Part shown: positions 1 to 13,739 of the stretch, in pieces
Position numbering within the stretch: the first letter of the stretch is position 1
Layout: every line of letters begins with the position of its first letter
NCBI GenBank assembly: GCA_003427395.1
Contig: BFEA01000025.1
Location: forward strand, 4,467,668 to 4,531,667
From: Chara braunii
Taxonomy: Eukaryota; Plantae; Charophyceae
Direction of reading: 5' to 3'
Length of the DNA: 64,000 nt
Made by a program: the position numbers and the translations under genes
Notes under the pieces: model-generated
The model's database searches: none
What the model saw: the letters and a program-made list of their open reading frames with translations, nothing else
What the model was told of the DNA's origin: nothing

Positions 1-2596
1 ACGCATATCCTTTGCCGCGCATTGATGATGTGCTTGATGTTCCAGGTGGGTGCAAGGTTTTTAGCAAGATCAACCTCAAGTCGGACTGCCACCAGATTGT
101 AGTTGATTCTGCAGACCAACACAAAACTTCATTCAAGACTTGCGATGGTTTGTACGAATCTACCGCTATGCTTTTCGGTCTCACCCGCCACCTTTCAAAG
201 TCTTGTGGACAAGGGGTTTCGTAATCAGATCAATTAATTTATTGTTGTTTATTTGGATGAATCATTATAATCTTCAACAAGTCGATGGAGGAGCACATGA
301 GACACCTTGAGGAAGTGTTGCAGATTGGGCGCAACTCCATCTCAACTTAAAGAAATCTGAATTTGGGAGGGACAGTGTTATCTACCTTGGGCATCGGTCG
401 TCTGCCACAGGCATAGATCTCGAGGCAACCAAAGTTGAGGCCATCTGCAAGTGGCCTCAAGGCCCTCAACTCTGCAAATGTCTGTGAATTGCGTTTTTTT
501 CTTAGTCTCGCGTTATACTACCGCAAGTTTGTACCCATATTTTATAGTATCACCCGTCCACTGTCGACCACTTTCGAAACCTTGAAAGAGGCTTTGGTGA
601 GTCATCCAGTGCTCTGCACTGCAGATCCCAAACTCACGTTCATAGTCACTACGGATGCGAGCCAATATGGGATTGGCGCAGTGCTGCACCAAGATGATGG
701 TGATGGCTTGTATCCGCGTGAGTACTACAACAAACGCATGCCAGTCAAAAGGTAGCTACGTCCACCTACATGAGAGAGCTCTACGCCTTGAGAGAGGCAA
801 TAGAACATTGGAAACACTACCTCTTGGGTCACCATTTCAAAGTGTTCTCGGACCATGAGACTTTGAAAAGGATCAAGACGCAGAATAATCCATCTACAAC
901 ATTGACCCGCTAATTGCATGAGATTGATGTGTATGATTTTAAACTCAAGCATAAGAAAGGTTATTACAATTGCATTGCGGATGCCTTGTCTTGCCACCCT
1001 GAGCACATGACTTGCCTTGTGAGCTCCTACGACCTCCGAAAGAAACTGATGGAGGAACTAGTTGAGCAGACTGCGAAGAATCCGGACCTCAGTCCCATCC
1101 TTGAGCAGATCAAAGTTAACCCTAGTAGTCAGCCTGATTTCCACAAGTGTGAAGGTTTGTTGTTCCTGCGTTATGGGAAGAACAACCGTTTCTCCGGACT
1201 TCTTGGAATTGGCTCATGGTTGGAATGGACACTTCGGTTTTAAAAAGACATCCGGAAACCTATTGGAAAAGTTTGTGTGACCTGGATGAAAGGAATGACC
1301 TGAACGTGTGTGGCTGAGTGTCAAGTCTATCAACAAATCAAATCATCTCGGCAGAAGCCCTATAAGATGCTGCACCCTCTTCCTATCCCTGACTGTCCAA
1401 GTAAGTTTGTTTCTATTGACTTCACCGACATGGGGAAGAAGAGTAAGAACGGATATTCACGAGTGATGGTGATCGTTGACCGCTTCTTAAAATTTTTGAA
1501 TATTGCCATCTCACGCTCCAGCTGACCTTGTGATTGAGGAATTCAATAAGATATACATTACACTATGGGCCCGAAGACTCTTGTGAGTGATCGGGACACC
1601 AGGTTCATAAGTGCAGATTGGAGAGACTTCACCTCCCAGATCTACGACATCGAACTCAAGATGACATCTGGTCGACATCCCGAAGCCAATGGTTTGGATG
1701 AGGACATCAACAAGACTGCGATCCAACTTCTTCGAGCTTTAATAGTCCCCGATCAGAACTCTTGGGATGAGGAATTCCAGATTGTGCAGGGGTTGTACAA
1801 CAACTCCATACACTCCTCCACCGGAATGACGCCAAGCCGGTTGCATCCTGGGTGGAAGATTCACGATCCTCTATCCTACCTGTTTCCTAATGCATCGCCT
1901 GGCCTAACACCTGGCCAGCCTGGCTACGACGCTAAGCTCGATCACTTGCTCAAGGTTGCTATTGCAGCTATGGAGAATGGACACAGTACCATGATCAAAC
2001 ATGCCAACAAGAAGCCTCGGCCTGAATCTTTCACAGTGGGAAGCTATGCCCGGGTCAAAGTGTATGAGTTTTTTGAAGAAGAAGAAGGGGTGTTGTGGAA
2101 GCTTCTTCCTTAGTACTACTGTCCTTGGCAGGTGCTGAAATAGGTGGGGGATGATTCATTTGCCCCTTCCTATGTGATTGACGTGCCTCCTCATATGCGC
2201 ACACATCCAGTCTTTGACGCATCGAAAATGTTTTTGTATCCGTCTCCTGAAACTTTTCCTTATCGAGAACCGATGATCCTTCGGGCAATCAATGGCCGGC
2301 ACGAGATTGATATAATTGTTGAACACAATGGAAAGGGGAAGAACAGGCAATATAAGGTCCACTTTCTGTATCACCCGTCAGATGACTTTTACTGGATTTC
2401 TAAGAAGAATTTGTTGCAGAGTGCACAACAAGTTGTCAATGCCTATGAGCGACTAATTATCTTCGAGCGGCAACCACAGTGCTCCGATCAGAAACTGAAA
2501 CAGAAGCCAAAGTTTCCTGCTACTCTCACTCCCACTGAACACACCCGATCACTCTTTGCCATCTATGCCTACGGTGCATTGTGCAGGGACTCTTGA
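1..2596 (+). pseudogene. pol: Degenerate Ty3/Gypsy (chromovirus-type) pol: RT, RNase H, integrase, C-terminal chromodomain
   Basis: Fragmented ORFs: LPRIDDVLD..FSKINLKSDCHQI (RT), TTDASQYGIGAVL (RNase H), SDRDTRF..HPEANG (IN), HEIDIIVEHNGKGKNRQYKVHF..YWISKKNL (chromodomain); many stops and frameshifts. Confidence 0.95.
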
Positions 2597-2628
2597 GTGA
2601 GTTGCTCGCTCGAAGGGACCTCGCTCTT

Positions 2629-2641
2629 GAGGGGGGGTAAC
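2629..2641 (+). promoter_or_regulatory. Polypurine tract preceding 3' LTR
   Basis: GAGGGGGGG-TAAC directly followed by TGTAATG at 2642, just after the pol end. Confidence 0.8.
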
Positions 2642-5150
2642 TGTAATGACCCGCCAAAACACGGACTGAGAACACAGCTCATTTATAAGTTTCGCCGCTG
2701 AAATGAATGCCTTGCCGAGATTCCCGCGTTCTGCTGAGTTTTCTAAGTCTGTGTGTGTGTGTGTGTGTGTGCTTGCCTTCGTGTGCCTGCCTGAGCGCTT
2801 GTCGGTCTGAGTGTATGTGTGGCCCGCCAGGGCACTCGTTTGTTTGAAAGGCCCAATGAGGGCCTGTACTTACCTGTGGCCGTGACTTGGAGGGTTGCAG
2901 CGGGGAAAACACTCAAGTAGCGGGGAGTAGGCCCATGACACTTAGAGCAGCGGGGAAAAACACTCAAGTAGCAGGTAGGCTGGTACCACTCAAGTCGCGG
3001 TAGATGTGTCGGGAACTGGAGGCCGAGCAGAAGAAGACAAAAAGATAACGCTCGGCGGGGCGACAATCACCACACAGAGTGTTGGGCCAATTGGGAGCTA
3101 CTGCCGTCCACGGGATAACAATCAGTTCGTTAAAAGGCAATAACAAAGAGTACGGAGGAAAGTGGGTATCGATAATGACAAAACCTGCGCCTACGAATCC
3201 TGAACATCTTGTCTCGGGTGGAAAATAATAGTGTCCGCTGATCTTGGCGACGGCTTCCCGTACATCCCACTCACATACACGTGTCCTTTCCTCGTTATAC
3301 GGGAAGTCGACACTCAGCCGGATCGAGACAATCGGTCCAAATGGTATAAGCAAAGTTTGAGCACGTAAGTCCACCCAATCAATTATTCAAGCACAAAAGT
3401 AAGCAATCGCAATGCTACGTGTTTTATTGCCTTTCATCCATCCGGCGAACCGATCCAAAAAAAATGTGAGTTCGATCCAATCAAGACGACAATCATCATT
3501 CGTTGAGTGAGTGATGAGCATGCATTCACATAATCTTAGCGGAATCTTAGCTTAGTTAGCCCGATCAATGCATATGTATAACAAATCTCACATACACGAA
3601 TCCCCAGTTGTCAAGAGGGACATTAAAAAAAAAAAAAAAAAATGGTAAGATCATCTGGTTTACTGGTCCCTCAAATTCAACAATGCTCGTTCGCACGAGA
3701 TTCGATTGAATTCAACACGGACGAGGGAGACCAGGGAAGCATCAGATAATTTTGGCATCCATCAGGTAGATGGGAGCAAAGGAACACCAGAGAGAGAGAG
3801 AGAGAGAGAGNNNNNNNNNNNNNNNNNNNNNNNNNNNNNNNNNNNNNNNNNNNNNNNNNNNNNNNNNNNNNNNNNNNNNNNNNNNNNNNNNNNAGAGAGA
3901 GAGAGACGAAAGCGTAGCTTGATCGAAAACGGGGGACTAAGAAGGGGGAGAGAGAGAAAACTTTGATTATACAAACAAGCTTGAGGGGGGGGGAGGGGGG
4001 GGGGGGAAGGAAACCGGCTATTCACCGTGGACTTAGCTTTTAAGAACCAAAAGAAGAATAATATGAAAATCAAGGCACACCATCCTTCTACTTTCTGATA
4101 ATGACCCTTCGCCATGCAACCACTCGTACACACACACCCTTCTTACTCAGGTACTGACGATCCCGACCGCCACGTAGTATCCTCCATACCATATCTATTT
4201 CACCCCGCCAACTCAGCTTTGGCAACAACCTGCCCAGATCTCGCAGTTTGTCGCAGCCACCCGGCGTACAACCTCACGTACACTGCAATCAGCTCGTCAG
4301 GACTTTCCGACTCGCTACCTACACATCGTTTAGCCAAGACTTCCCTGAAGCTGGCAGATGGGTTGAGAGAGAAGTTTTCGGACGCGCTTGGGGGTTTTAG
4401 AGTTGCAAGGAGGGGAATAGAAGATGGGGAAGAGTGAGGTGGAGATAGGAGAGGGTGAAAAGAGAGCTTGGGTTAATCACCCGGGGAAAGCCATATCGAT
4501 CCCCGTGAATTCCTTCGCAGTTAATCAGATCACAATGTGTGGGGAGTGTCCTTCCTACACAATGTCACCTGATGGCTCGAATACCCTGGGGGGGGATCGG
4601 TAAGGAGTTTCTGTATGGGGATGAAGGCAGGAAGGAGGAGAGTGTGAAGAATAGCGAGGAGCGGGACCAAGATTCAGACGAGGAGTGGGGGAGAAGCGCG
4701 AAGGGAGAGGAGATGAAAAACAATTACGGGTGAAGGAGGGAATGCGCGAAGAGGAGAAGGGTGAAGATGGCATGGGTCGTAGCGGGGAGCGGGGGAAACT
4801 TGTATGCACGGCGCTGGTGCAAAAAAGAAAAAGGCACCGAAACAGTTACATTTCGTTCATCCTAGTTTTAAAACTAATTCAAGATTGAAAAATTCAAAAG
4901 CATTATTAGCGTGCGAAAATCCTATGTCTATCTAGCTTCCTATAAAAAAGTTCACAGATCTTTCAGGGGCGAGTGTGGGGAAATCCACTTGCAAGAAAGG
5001 ACATGTCAGCAGGAGGAGCGCCTATAATTTCTGGAGTTCCCAACTGCTGAACAAAATTTCTAGCGCGCTTGCTAAGGCGCGCGTAATTCCTCTGTAGATG
5101 CATGGATTGCCGAAACGAAATTGCAAAGAAGTCCAAAAGAAACATCATGT
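2642..5150 (+). repeat. LTR-like segment, truncated by a LINE; homologous in reverse orientation to the LTR at 13740-16517
   Basis: Starts with TG after the PPT; shares blocks with the reverse complement of the other LTR (aaggcaccgaaacagttaca ~4831; ctaaggcgcgcgta ~5072; gcgagtcggaaagtcctg ~4300; ORF at 3040-3310). Right boundary approximate. Confidence 0.7.
2964..3374 (-). CDS. LTR-encoded ORF of unknown function (EERxRVxEWDVRE..IIDTHFPPYS family)
   Basis: About 80 aa align with ORFs 15745-16293 and 34644-35381, with mostly synonymous DNA differences; true start unclear. Confidence 0.6.
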   Translation of the reverse strand: MDLRAQTLLIPFGPIVSIRLSVDFPYNEERTRVCEWDVREAVAKISGHYYFPPETRCSGFVGAGFVIIDTHFPPYSLLLPFNELIVIPWTAVAPNWPNTLCGDCRPAERYLFVFFCSASSSRHIYRDLSGTSLPAT

Positions 5151-8100
5151 TAGACGTGAGAGGGTCTGGTTGACCTGCGATTCCGTGCACTGAGGTGATA
5201 GCAAAAAAAGAGGGGTACCCCAAAAGCCCAAAAGAGATCCGAAAAGTAGGAACAACAAAAACTCAGGACTGGGATCGTTCAAAAGTTGGGTCGAGTTTAG
5301 ACATATCCCCATTGAAGTCCAGGCAGCGTTTATTCACGATTTTGGACAACAACTCAAAATTGCAAACTTTATTGACCCATTGCCCTCCTATGTGGCAAAA
5401 CGGAATGATTACTTGATGCTTGCTTTAGACCTACCCAAAGAACAACTGTTCTTAATAGATGAAATCATCCCCTTCAAAATGGGGGGCCGCGTGTGTCAGA
5501 TTCACACTGCCCATAAGTTTCGTCCTCGGTGCTTTAAATGCAAAGCGTATGGTCACCTCCATTCTGATTTTGCATGCTCCTACCACCCCCAACATGCGAT
5601 TCCTCCAGAATTGCGGCTCAAACGAGACCCTCACAAACCCAATAAATGGCTCCCCGCTGTTGCTGGATTTTATGGGTGGGTTTGCTGGGAAGATCTGAAC
5701 CAAGCGGGCCAGCCAATGGGAAGGAAGGAGTGGTTCCCACAAGACCCCCCGCCTACCGGCTGATTGGCTGCCCCCTCAACCTCTCTCTCCCCAACCACAA
5801 GCAGGCAGCACATCAAGACATGGACAGGCCGTGGGACAGAAGCCTCAGGGTGTTGCGGAAGACGGGGCTGCTCCATTTGGGACACTGGTGGGGTCACAGT
5901 ATAGGGCGAGGATGGGTGGGGGGAAACAAAAGCATAAGGGTCCACCTTCCTCCCATCCTGGCAATATGGATAGGTCCCCGGAACCAAAACCTGCGGATTA
6001 CCTACCAAAGAATGGAAATGGAGGAGGACAAGAATGGAAAGAAGTTAAGAAGAGGGGAACAGTGAAACAGAAGCCCCCTCCCTCTCCCTCCTCAAGTAAT
6101 CAGACTGGCTCTTCAAGTACTTCTGCAAAAATTGGTCATTCCAAAACTTCTGCTGATGGGACGGAGAAAATGGTTCAATTACCCAGAAACTCAGAGATTG
6201 CACCTATGGATATTGACCCTTTCAGAGATGCTTTGGGTCTAGAACCAATGGAAATTGAAGAAATTGAATCATTTGTCCCCCCACCGTCATTTGAGGCTAT
6301 CGTGAGCGCCAATACTGAGGATACATCGGTATCCGCAAGTGCGAAACCTGTTATCCTCCAAATAGCGGATTGGCTGCTTTTCAATATGAAAAGCCAATAC
6401 ACTCACATACCCCAGTCTAACTGGCCCCTCTTTCTTCACGAGCTGGTTCCAATGCTTGAGAGCAGCAAGAGTTTGGAAACTTTTCTATTCCAGGGTCCCC
6501 CACAGGGTGTTACTTGGGAAGAGATTAGTGTTAAACTGCTTTTCATAGTTTCCACCAGATTTAACGTTAGGCATCAGGAGGCGGGTCTGCCTACTTTACA
6601 AAACAACTTTCAACCCCTGCTGATTCAAACAGATGATAAGGAGGGCGACAATAGGCAACTAGAAGATTGCCCAGTCAAACCAGCAGGACATGACTTAGTC
6701 CCCCTCACCAACAACAGTGACATCACGGAAAGTGACATCACGCAAAGTCTGACCACTGACAGTTGTTTCAAGATGCTGATGGTGATTCCCATAACGTCAT
6801 AATACTCAAACCGGGTGGCTCATAAAACTCAGACCACACAATCAGCCAACATACCACACCTCCCGAGGATGAGGAGAATCCTGGCTCAGTCAATGTACCC
6901 ACACAGTAGGTAACCAAACGAAAAGAAGAGGGTCAAACCTTTAGATTGATTTTATATGAGCTTACTGGGGAGCAAAATTTTTGCAACTTCCACAAATATT
7001 GCAGTCCCCTTCATCCTGTAAACACAGTCAGATCTTGATTGAGTGGGACCCGGAGTCATTGGACACACAGAGACATCATAAGTCTCTTGAGTCCGATGAG
7101 TCTCTAGTGCCTCCAAACTCGCGCGGGCCCGACATAGATCTTAAGTCCCTTGAGGCAATTGCCTCGGAAGATTCCCAGGTAGTTGAACTGTCACAGACAA
7201 CCCCTGCAATTCACTTGTTTGTTCAAACAGTAAACTTCTCCGATGTCCTGTCTAATGGAGAAAGTAGGCAGGATTATGAGGCTATAGCAAGCTCCCAAAA
7301 CCTGCCCTCTTCCCAAACACCTTCCCCTCACACCGGTTCTGAACTCACAAGCAAAAGACAAAGACTGAAACATCGCTTAGCCAAGGGTCAGGGAGCTATG
7401 AAAGTTAGAACAATACTTTTACTAGTGAGACTACAAGGAGGGACTTGGGAGGTGGGTTTATCTGAACCCCCGGGAGCAGTCTATGGTGAAGTAACAGTCT
7501 TGGGAATTGTGTCGGCCTTTCTCTCTCCTTCCTCTTTAAAGTATGAAGTAATGAAGTTTGTCAAGACAAACTTGCTTCCTGGGGGAAAGGCTTTCTTACC
7601 TGTAACTGAAGGGGCACATAGGCTGGTTGAATATGATGTATATCTAAAATACAAAGTCAGTAAGAATACGGACCTCAGGTGGTTTAGTCAGGATTCCCTG
7701 TGCAAACTCCAAATTCTCAAGGTCAAAGCAAACGAATTCTGGTTAGAAACAGATGTTGGTACTTTGCTGGTCAGACTGTTGGGCCTTAAGACCTTGGTGG
7801 TAGGAGGCTTACTGGACTCAGGCCAGTGGTTAGACCTCTGACCCCCCTTCCTCACGACATAATGTATCATCCGGATTTGGTAACTGATTGTGTTTTTATG
7901 AAATGGAAAACTTCGGAGTAATTGATGTCGTTTATAACAAAGATAAAACATGGGAAATTACTCAGGAGAAATGCAGACCTGGACCTCATATCTCTAAATG
8001 CCAATGGCCTTGCATCAGTTAAGTACCCAAAGAAACAGACAATTTATGATCAGTTTAAAGGAGTTGGGGGAAGAGAATAGCTTGATGTGATTTGCATTCA

Positions 8101-11100
8101 AGAGACTCACCTCATGGACTTAGACCAACATAATTATTGTCATAAGCAAATATGGCCCTATACGTCCTTCAGAGCTCATGCCCCTTGCCCAGGGAGTGTT
8201 GGTGTAGCCATTTGGATCCCTCCAGGGCGCAAGGTGGAACCGGTATACTGGGAGATTGACAACTGGAGGTAGTCAGCATCCTGTGTGTATACGGACCCAA
8301 TAATGTCCGTGAACGCCAACGTTTTTTTGAATCCCTCACCCCCCTCCTCCCCGTAGGGATCCCGGTCATTATAGTCGATGACTTTCATGCTGCTCTATCA
8401 GTCCTTTGATCGATGGAATATTCTTACTCCCTGCCCGACTTATGTAGAATCAGACGAGATCTTGATGGCTAACTTTTCTCAATCATTAAATCTTTTTTAC
8501 TCCTTTACGAGAATAATCCGTCCCAGTATACTTATACATGCTTTAGGAAAAACCAAGTCAGAATGGCTACTAAGTCTCGTATAGACCTGATTTTTCTTTC
8601 TAAGGAACTGGAAGGAGCTCTTCAGGTAGTCGAAATTTTCCCTCGTAGCCCCCTCCTGGGCCTAAACCATGCGATGTGTGTGGCGATTCTTTCTTTTGGA
8701 AAGAAACCAGATCAAGGAAGGGGTTTTTATAAACTTAATACAACTCATCTTAAGATTGAAATGTTCAGAGTTTTCATCAAGGATGTGTGGTCCTTCTGGA
8801 GAAACCAGAAGGCCACCATAAGTAACGACATCCAATGGTTCAACAACGGACGTAAATGCAATGAGTATTCAAAATTATTAGCAGTTGAACGTCACTCTAC
8901 TGAAACACAGCCTTACCAACGTATCCAACAATTGCAACTCTTAGAAGTTGAGGAAAGTGAGCTGGAGGAGATCGCAACAACAACTCGGGAAATACAAGAT
9001 TTAGAATCCCGATTACTCTCTCACATGGAATATAGATGGCAAGGTATGAGGATTCGAGGTAGAATTAGAAAATATCATATAGAGGGAGCCATGGATGCAA
9101 GATTATTTTCCATGGCAAAAACCCGTACTGGCAGAACTATCATAGAGGCATTGGCCCATCCTCAAAACATAAACGGCCCGCTCGCCTCGTCTACGACTGG
9201 ATGCTCTAAAATTGCAAGAGATTTTTCAAGGATCTTTTTCTATCAGAAAATATGGATAATTCATTGGATCAACGTAGCCTGGAAATCGATGATTTTCTAA
9301 CCCCTTTGACTAAAGCACTATCTTTAAAGCAGAGAGAACAACTAGAGTTAAATTTGACAAAAGATGAAGTATGGACAACACTCATGCTAATGGAGGAAGA
9401 AAAGACTCCTGATATTGATGGATTACCTAAAGAACTTTGAAAGTCCTTGTGGGATTTCATTTCCCAATATCTTATGGATTTCTACCAAGCAGTATGGGAT
9501 TCTGGCGAGATGGGGGAGATAGTAGGGCAAGGTGTTTTAACATTATTATATAAGAAAGGTGATAAATATAATATCAGGAACTATCGACCCATTACACTGC
9601 TAATAGTGGTTTATAAATTGATTTCAAAGGTTCTTACCAACCACCTGAATAAGCATATCGCGGATATAATTTATCCCTCTCAAACTGAGTTTATTCAACG
9701 AAGGAACATCCAAGACAATATTTTGCTCATAAATGAGCTCATCAAGCTTTCTCGTCGGTCCAAGCACAATGCAGCCTTCATTTTTATTGATTTTGAGAAA
9801 ACCTATGATCATGTTGACTGATTTTTCCTAGATAAATGCCTAGAGAAATTCAATTTTGGCCCACATTTCGGGAGATGGATCCAAATTTTGCACAGGAATG
9901 CCACAACGAGGGTAATGGCTAATGAAAATGTGGCAACCTCGATTACACTTCAGAGGTCAGTGAGACAAGGTGACCCAATCGCTCCTCTCCTCTTTGTGAT
10001 CATTATGGAAGCCGTAGCAGCTAACTTAAGATATCACAAAGACATTAGACGTATTCAGGTTTCCTCTATCCCAGAGGAAGTTGTCCCATTATGCTCTCTC
10101 TTTGCAGACGCTCTCTCTTTGATGGTTGATGCATCACATAAGAATTTGGAGGCTATTAAAATATTAATGGATACATTCTGCAAACTCTCTAATGTGGAAG
10201 TTAATTGGGTTAATAAAACATATGGATGGTGGATTCATTATCAAGGTGGGAGAACCCCCCGAATATCCTCGCATTAAGTGGAATCATCCTAATGAACTAA
10301 TTAGAGTTCTGGGAGTGTCTCTTTCAGCCACAGGCAAACCTACAACCAACAATAAAGGGATCCTACAACAAGCCAAGTTGAGACTAGACTTGTGGAAGGA
10401 CAAACACACATCCTTATTTGCCAGAACCCCGATAATTAATAACGTTATATTGGCTTCCATCTGGTATAAATCTGCAATTTGGGCCTTGGAAAGAGTTACG
10501 CTCAAGTTATTTCAACGGCAGTTAGCAACTTTCTTGTGGCGAGAAAATCATGAACGGAAAAATGTTATCAGCAGAGTTGCTTGGCTCTCTATAATCCAAC
10601 CTAAATTCAAAGGGGGCCTTGGGATCGTTGACCCCCAAACTCAAGTCGTAGCCCTCTCTTTACAATGGATTAAACGTCTCATCTTTAACCCCATCACTCC
10701 TTGGAGCCTCCTCGCCAATGAGAAGATCAGAAGGTTAGCCCCTCCCGCTCCTGTTGAGGCAGACCCTCTTATATGGCTTGAGAATCTTTCTTGGACTCTG
10801 CCTAGAGGGTCCCCAAAGGAACCACATCATTTGGAACTCTCAGATAGACAAGCAGCAAGGAGAGACCTCTGCAGGGACCCCTCTTGGGTTACATTAATGA
10901 GGAACTGGAGGAGGCTGCCCCTTCTAAATAAAGTACCCCCGACGAGATGGGAGGAGGTTTGTCAACAACCCTTATTTAATAATACGTTTACCAAAGATGC
11001 TCAAGGATGTGTCCTTCATTGCATGGATGCCCCTTGGAAGGGGTGGATTAGAAGAGGAGTTATACGTGTTAAAGACTTATGGAACTACGAGATTAGAGAT

Positions 11101-12556
11101 TGGTGTTCTCCCTCAGACCTTAAGGATCACTTGAGGTATTGTCACCATCCAAGTGTGACCCTCGGTAAAGTAATTGATATAATCTCTTTGGATTTGATCA
11201 AAATCTTAAGAAAAATGCTCTAAATTTCGTGAGGGTGACTGGGTGGCAATCCGAAACCAAAAAGGGATAGTTGGGAACGTAATCGAAATTCATAATCCAG
11301 GGGAAATTCTCATATCCATCTTAGATATTCAAGATGATGGAGTTCTCTATCCCAGAGCATAGGATGATATAAGATGGTGTACGACTGACCACCTCTTTCG
11401 GATTAGAGTGTTAAAAGTTAAAGAGAAGTGAATTTCCTTTAGGCCAAAAACGCCAATCTCTCACCTCCCCTTTGATCCACAAAACTGAACTTGGTCCTTC
11501 CCAGGAAAACAGGGGCATTCCCATCCTAGGGCCTTATACACTCTCTCAGTTAAGGCCTCTTACAGAATGTTCCGCCCCAAAAAGACCGCATTGAGGATCA
11601 ATGGCGTAAGAATCTCAACATAAGTAAGGATGAATTGGGAGGGATTAAGTGATTCCAAACATGTAAAGCTAAGCCAGCTAAGGTAACCTCCTTACAATGG
11701 CAAATAGTTCACAGATGTGTGCTTACGAATGACTAGATTATTGACAAAACTTCGTTAGAGCAAAGAGGTATAGCTCATCCATGGTGTAAGTTCTGTAAAT
11801 CAGCCTTCCCTTCCAAACTCATTACTAAAACAATTGAGCATATTTTCCTCCAATGCCCAGGGTCGGTCTGGCTTCCGGGTCAAGGGGATGAATTCACAAC
11901 TAACCTATTCTTAATTGGTAGGAGGGCGATCATTTGGGCAATCTGGACAAGGTGTACCTATGAAATTGAAGGTGCGCGGCTGGATGACCCAGACTTTTAC
12001 TGATACTATTAAACAGCAGATTCAAACGGAATTGTCCATTAAATGGGAATATTTAAGAGAGAAAATCCAACATCTATCCTTACAAAATAAGATATGGCAC
12101 CACATCAAACAGTTCAACAGAAAGTTGGCTTGGGGGAGACCAGGGGGGGAGTTGGGGCAAGTAATGTGGGAAGGTGCACATGAGAACTCACAAGAGCCCT
12201 TCCAAAGGAATTACCGGTTGGTCTTCAGCGACTGGAGTACTGTTGATCCTGCTATTCCCTTAAGGCCTCTTTCTGAATTCCCTGATTTCTTCCTCCCTCC
12301 GGGTAAATGTCTTGTGCCCTCTGCATGGTATGAATAGGACAGAGGCAAGGAGTAGGAGTATGGGGTTCTTTCCTCTCAACCTTTTATGGTTAAGATTTTG
12401 GTTATGTGCTTGGTATTCAAGACTTTCTGGCGCCCAGATTGGGTGAAGAGGCACAAAGAGGCACAAAGCTAGTTCAGTAGTAACACCCTTGGGGGAAGCT
12501 GTCTGATTCGCGGTAGATTTGGGTCACTTGGATCACTTATTTCATTGTAAAAAAAA
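5150..12556 (+). mobile_element. Decayed L1/Tx1-like LINE (ORF1 Zn knuckle; ORF2 APE endonuclease-RT-zf)
   Basis: CFKCKAYGHLHSDFAC knuckle; ICIQETH and SRIDLIF (EN); LLYKKGD..NYRPITLL, DFEKTYD, VRQGDP, LFADA (RT); GGLGI; A-tail at 12549-12556; many stops. 5' boundary approximate. Confidence 0.93.
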
Positions 12557-12629
12557 CATCATCATCATTAGTATGATCACAGTTTACATAGAATCAGTAG
12601 AAGTTCATCATCATCATTATTATCATGAT

Positions 12630-12769
12630 ATGAGGGACGTTGAGCCCGGTTCTCAGCAAGTTCGGTTCGGTCACTCAGGGTAGATTGTGAGGACCCCGGC
12701 CTCAATCTTCTTATTTGTAATATCCGCCTTGGGCACTGGGCCAAAAAAAAAAAAAAAAAAAAAAAAAAA
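12630..12769 (+). mobile_element. Short poly(A)-tailed retroposed fragment
   Basis: Long A run at ~12743-12769; no TSD identified. Confidence 0.4.
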
Positions 12770-13570
12770 GGCTTCAAAAGATCGTTTGGGTGCAAGCTGG
12801 TACATCACACCCAGCCTGCACACCCATTTTGGTGACTGACCTGGAGGCCCAAGTCCATTTTTCCATGCCAGGCACACACTTGGTTCCACGTGTGCTCTCC
12901 TTTATTTAGCACTTATTAGTTTTGTTGGGTACCCCGTTCTCCATAATGAATCGTCATTGTTGTAACCTTCCGGGAAGATAGCTTCTTCATAGCACGTAGC
13001 TATTAATAGGAATTGCACCTGGTCTTCCTCAGAAATTGAAACTTCTGCTCGTCCCGGTGGTGAGCCATCTTCTTCTTTTTTTTTCCTTTTTTTTTTAAAG
13101 GATTTTTCAAAAAGTCCAGGGTGTTGTAGAGGTCGGTTTTCTGCACCCACGACAGGTGCCTATCTACAGTCAACAACTAATTTATGGGACGCAGACCATC
13201 CTATCTTGGAGGATCCCCCTCAGACAGCCCATACTGCAGGTTCCCCAATGATTTCCTCCACCAGAGTCTGTCTACTAACACCCCTCCTACCGGGATCCCT
13301 TCCCACCTAAGGTCCTTGACCCCCCAAAGCACAGCCTAAGGTAACCAACACACATGAGCAGTCTAACCACAAACCCCTATCTGCATCGCCGTTAGACCGC
13401 TAACAGTATCAGGTAAACCCCTCATAGGCCAGGACGCCACATACAACACCATGGACAACCCTTGGGTGGTGCGCAGGCAGTGTCTGTAATAGCTTAGCAT
13501 GTGTCAGCCCAAGGGGTGTGTGTCCAGCCGTGCGTCATTCTAATGCGCTGCTCGTGTCCATGCGTGAAGC

Positions 13571-13643
13571 TGCGGATTTGAACCCGCAATGTCATAACAC
13601 AATGCGCATTTCCAGTCGGTTCTCTAACCATTGAGCTAGTTCC
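13571..13643 (-). mobile_element. tRNA-derived SINE head
   Basis: Minus strand: A box TAGCTCAATGGTTAGAG and B box GGTTCAAATCC. Confidence 0.65.
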
Positions 13644-13714
13644 GGACATCGCCTCCATTACAGGACGGTGGACGCCATGTTGAGCACTTTGTTGACGGTC
13701 ACTCTTCGCTACAA

Positions 13715-13739
13715 GGAATGACTACAAACGTGCAATGCC
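13715..13739 (+). repeat. 25-bp flanking direct repeat (left copy, putative TSD)
   Basis: GGAATGACTACAAACGTGCAATGCC, identical to 35427-35451. Confidence 0.9.
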
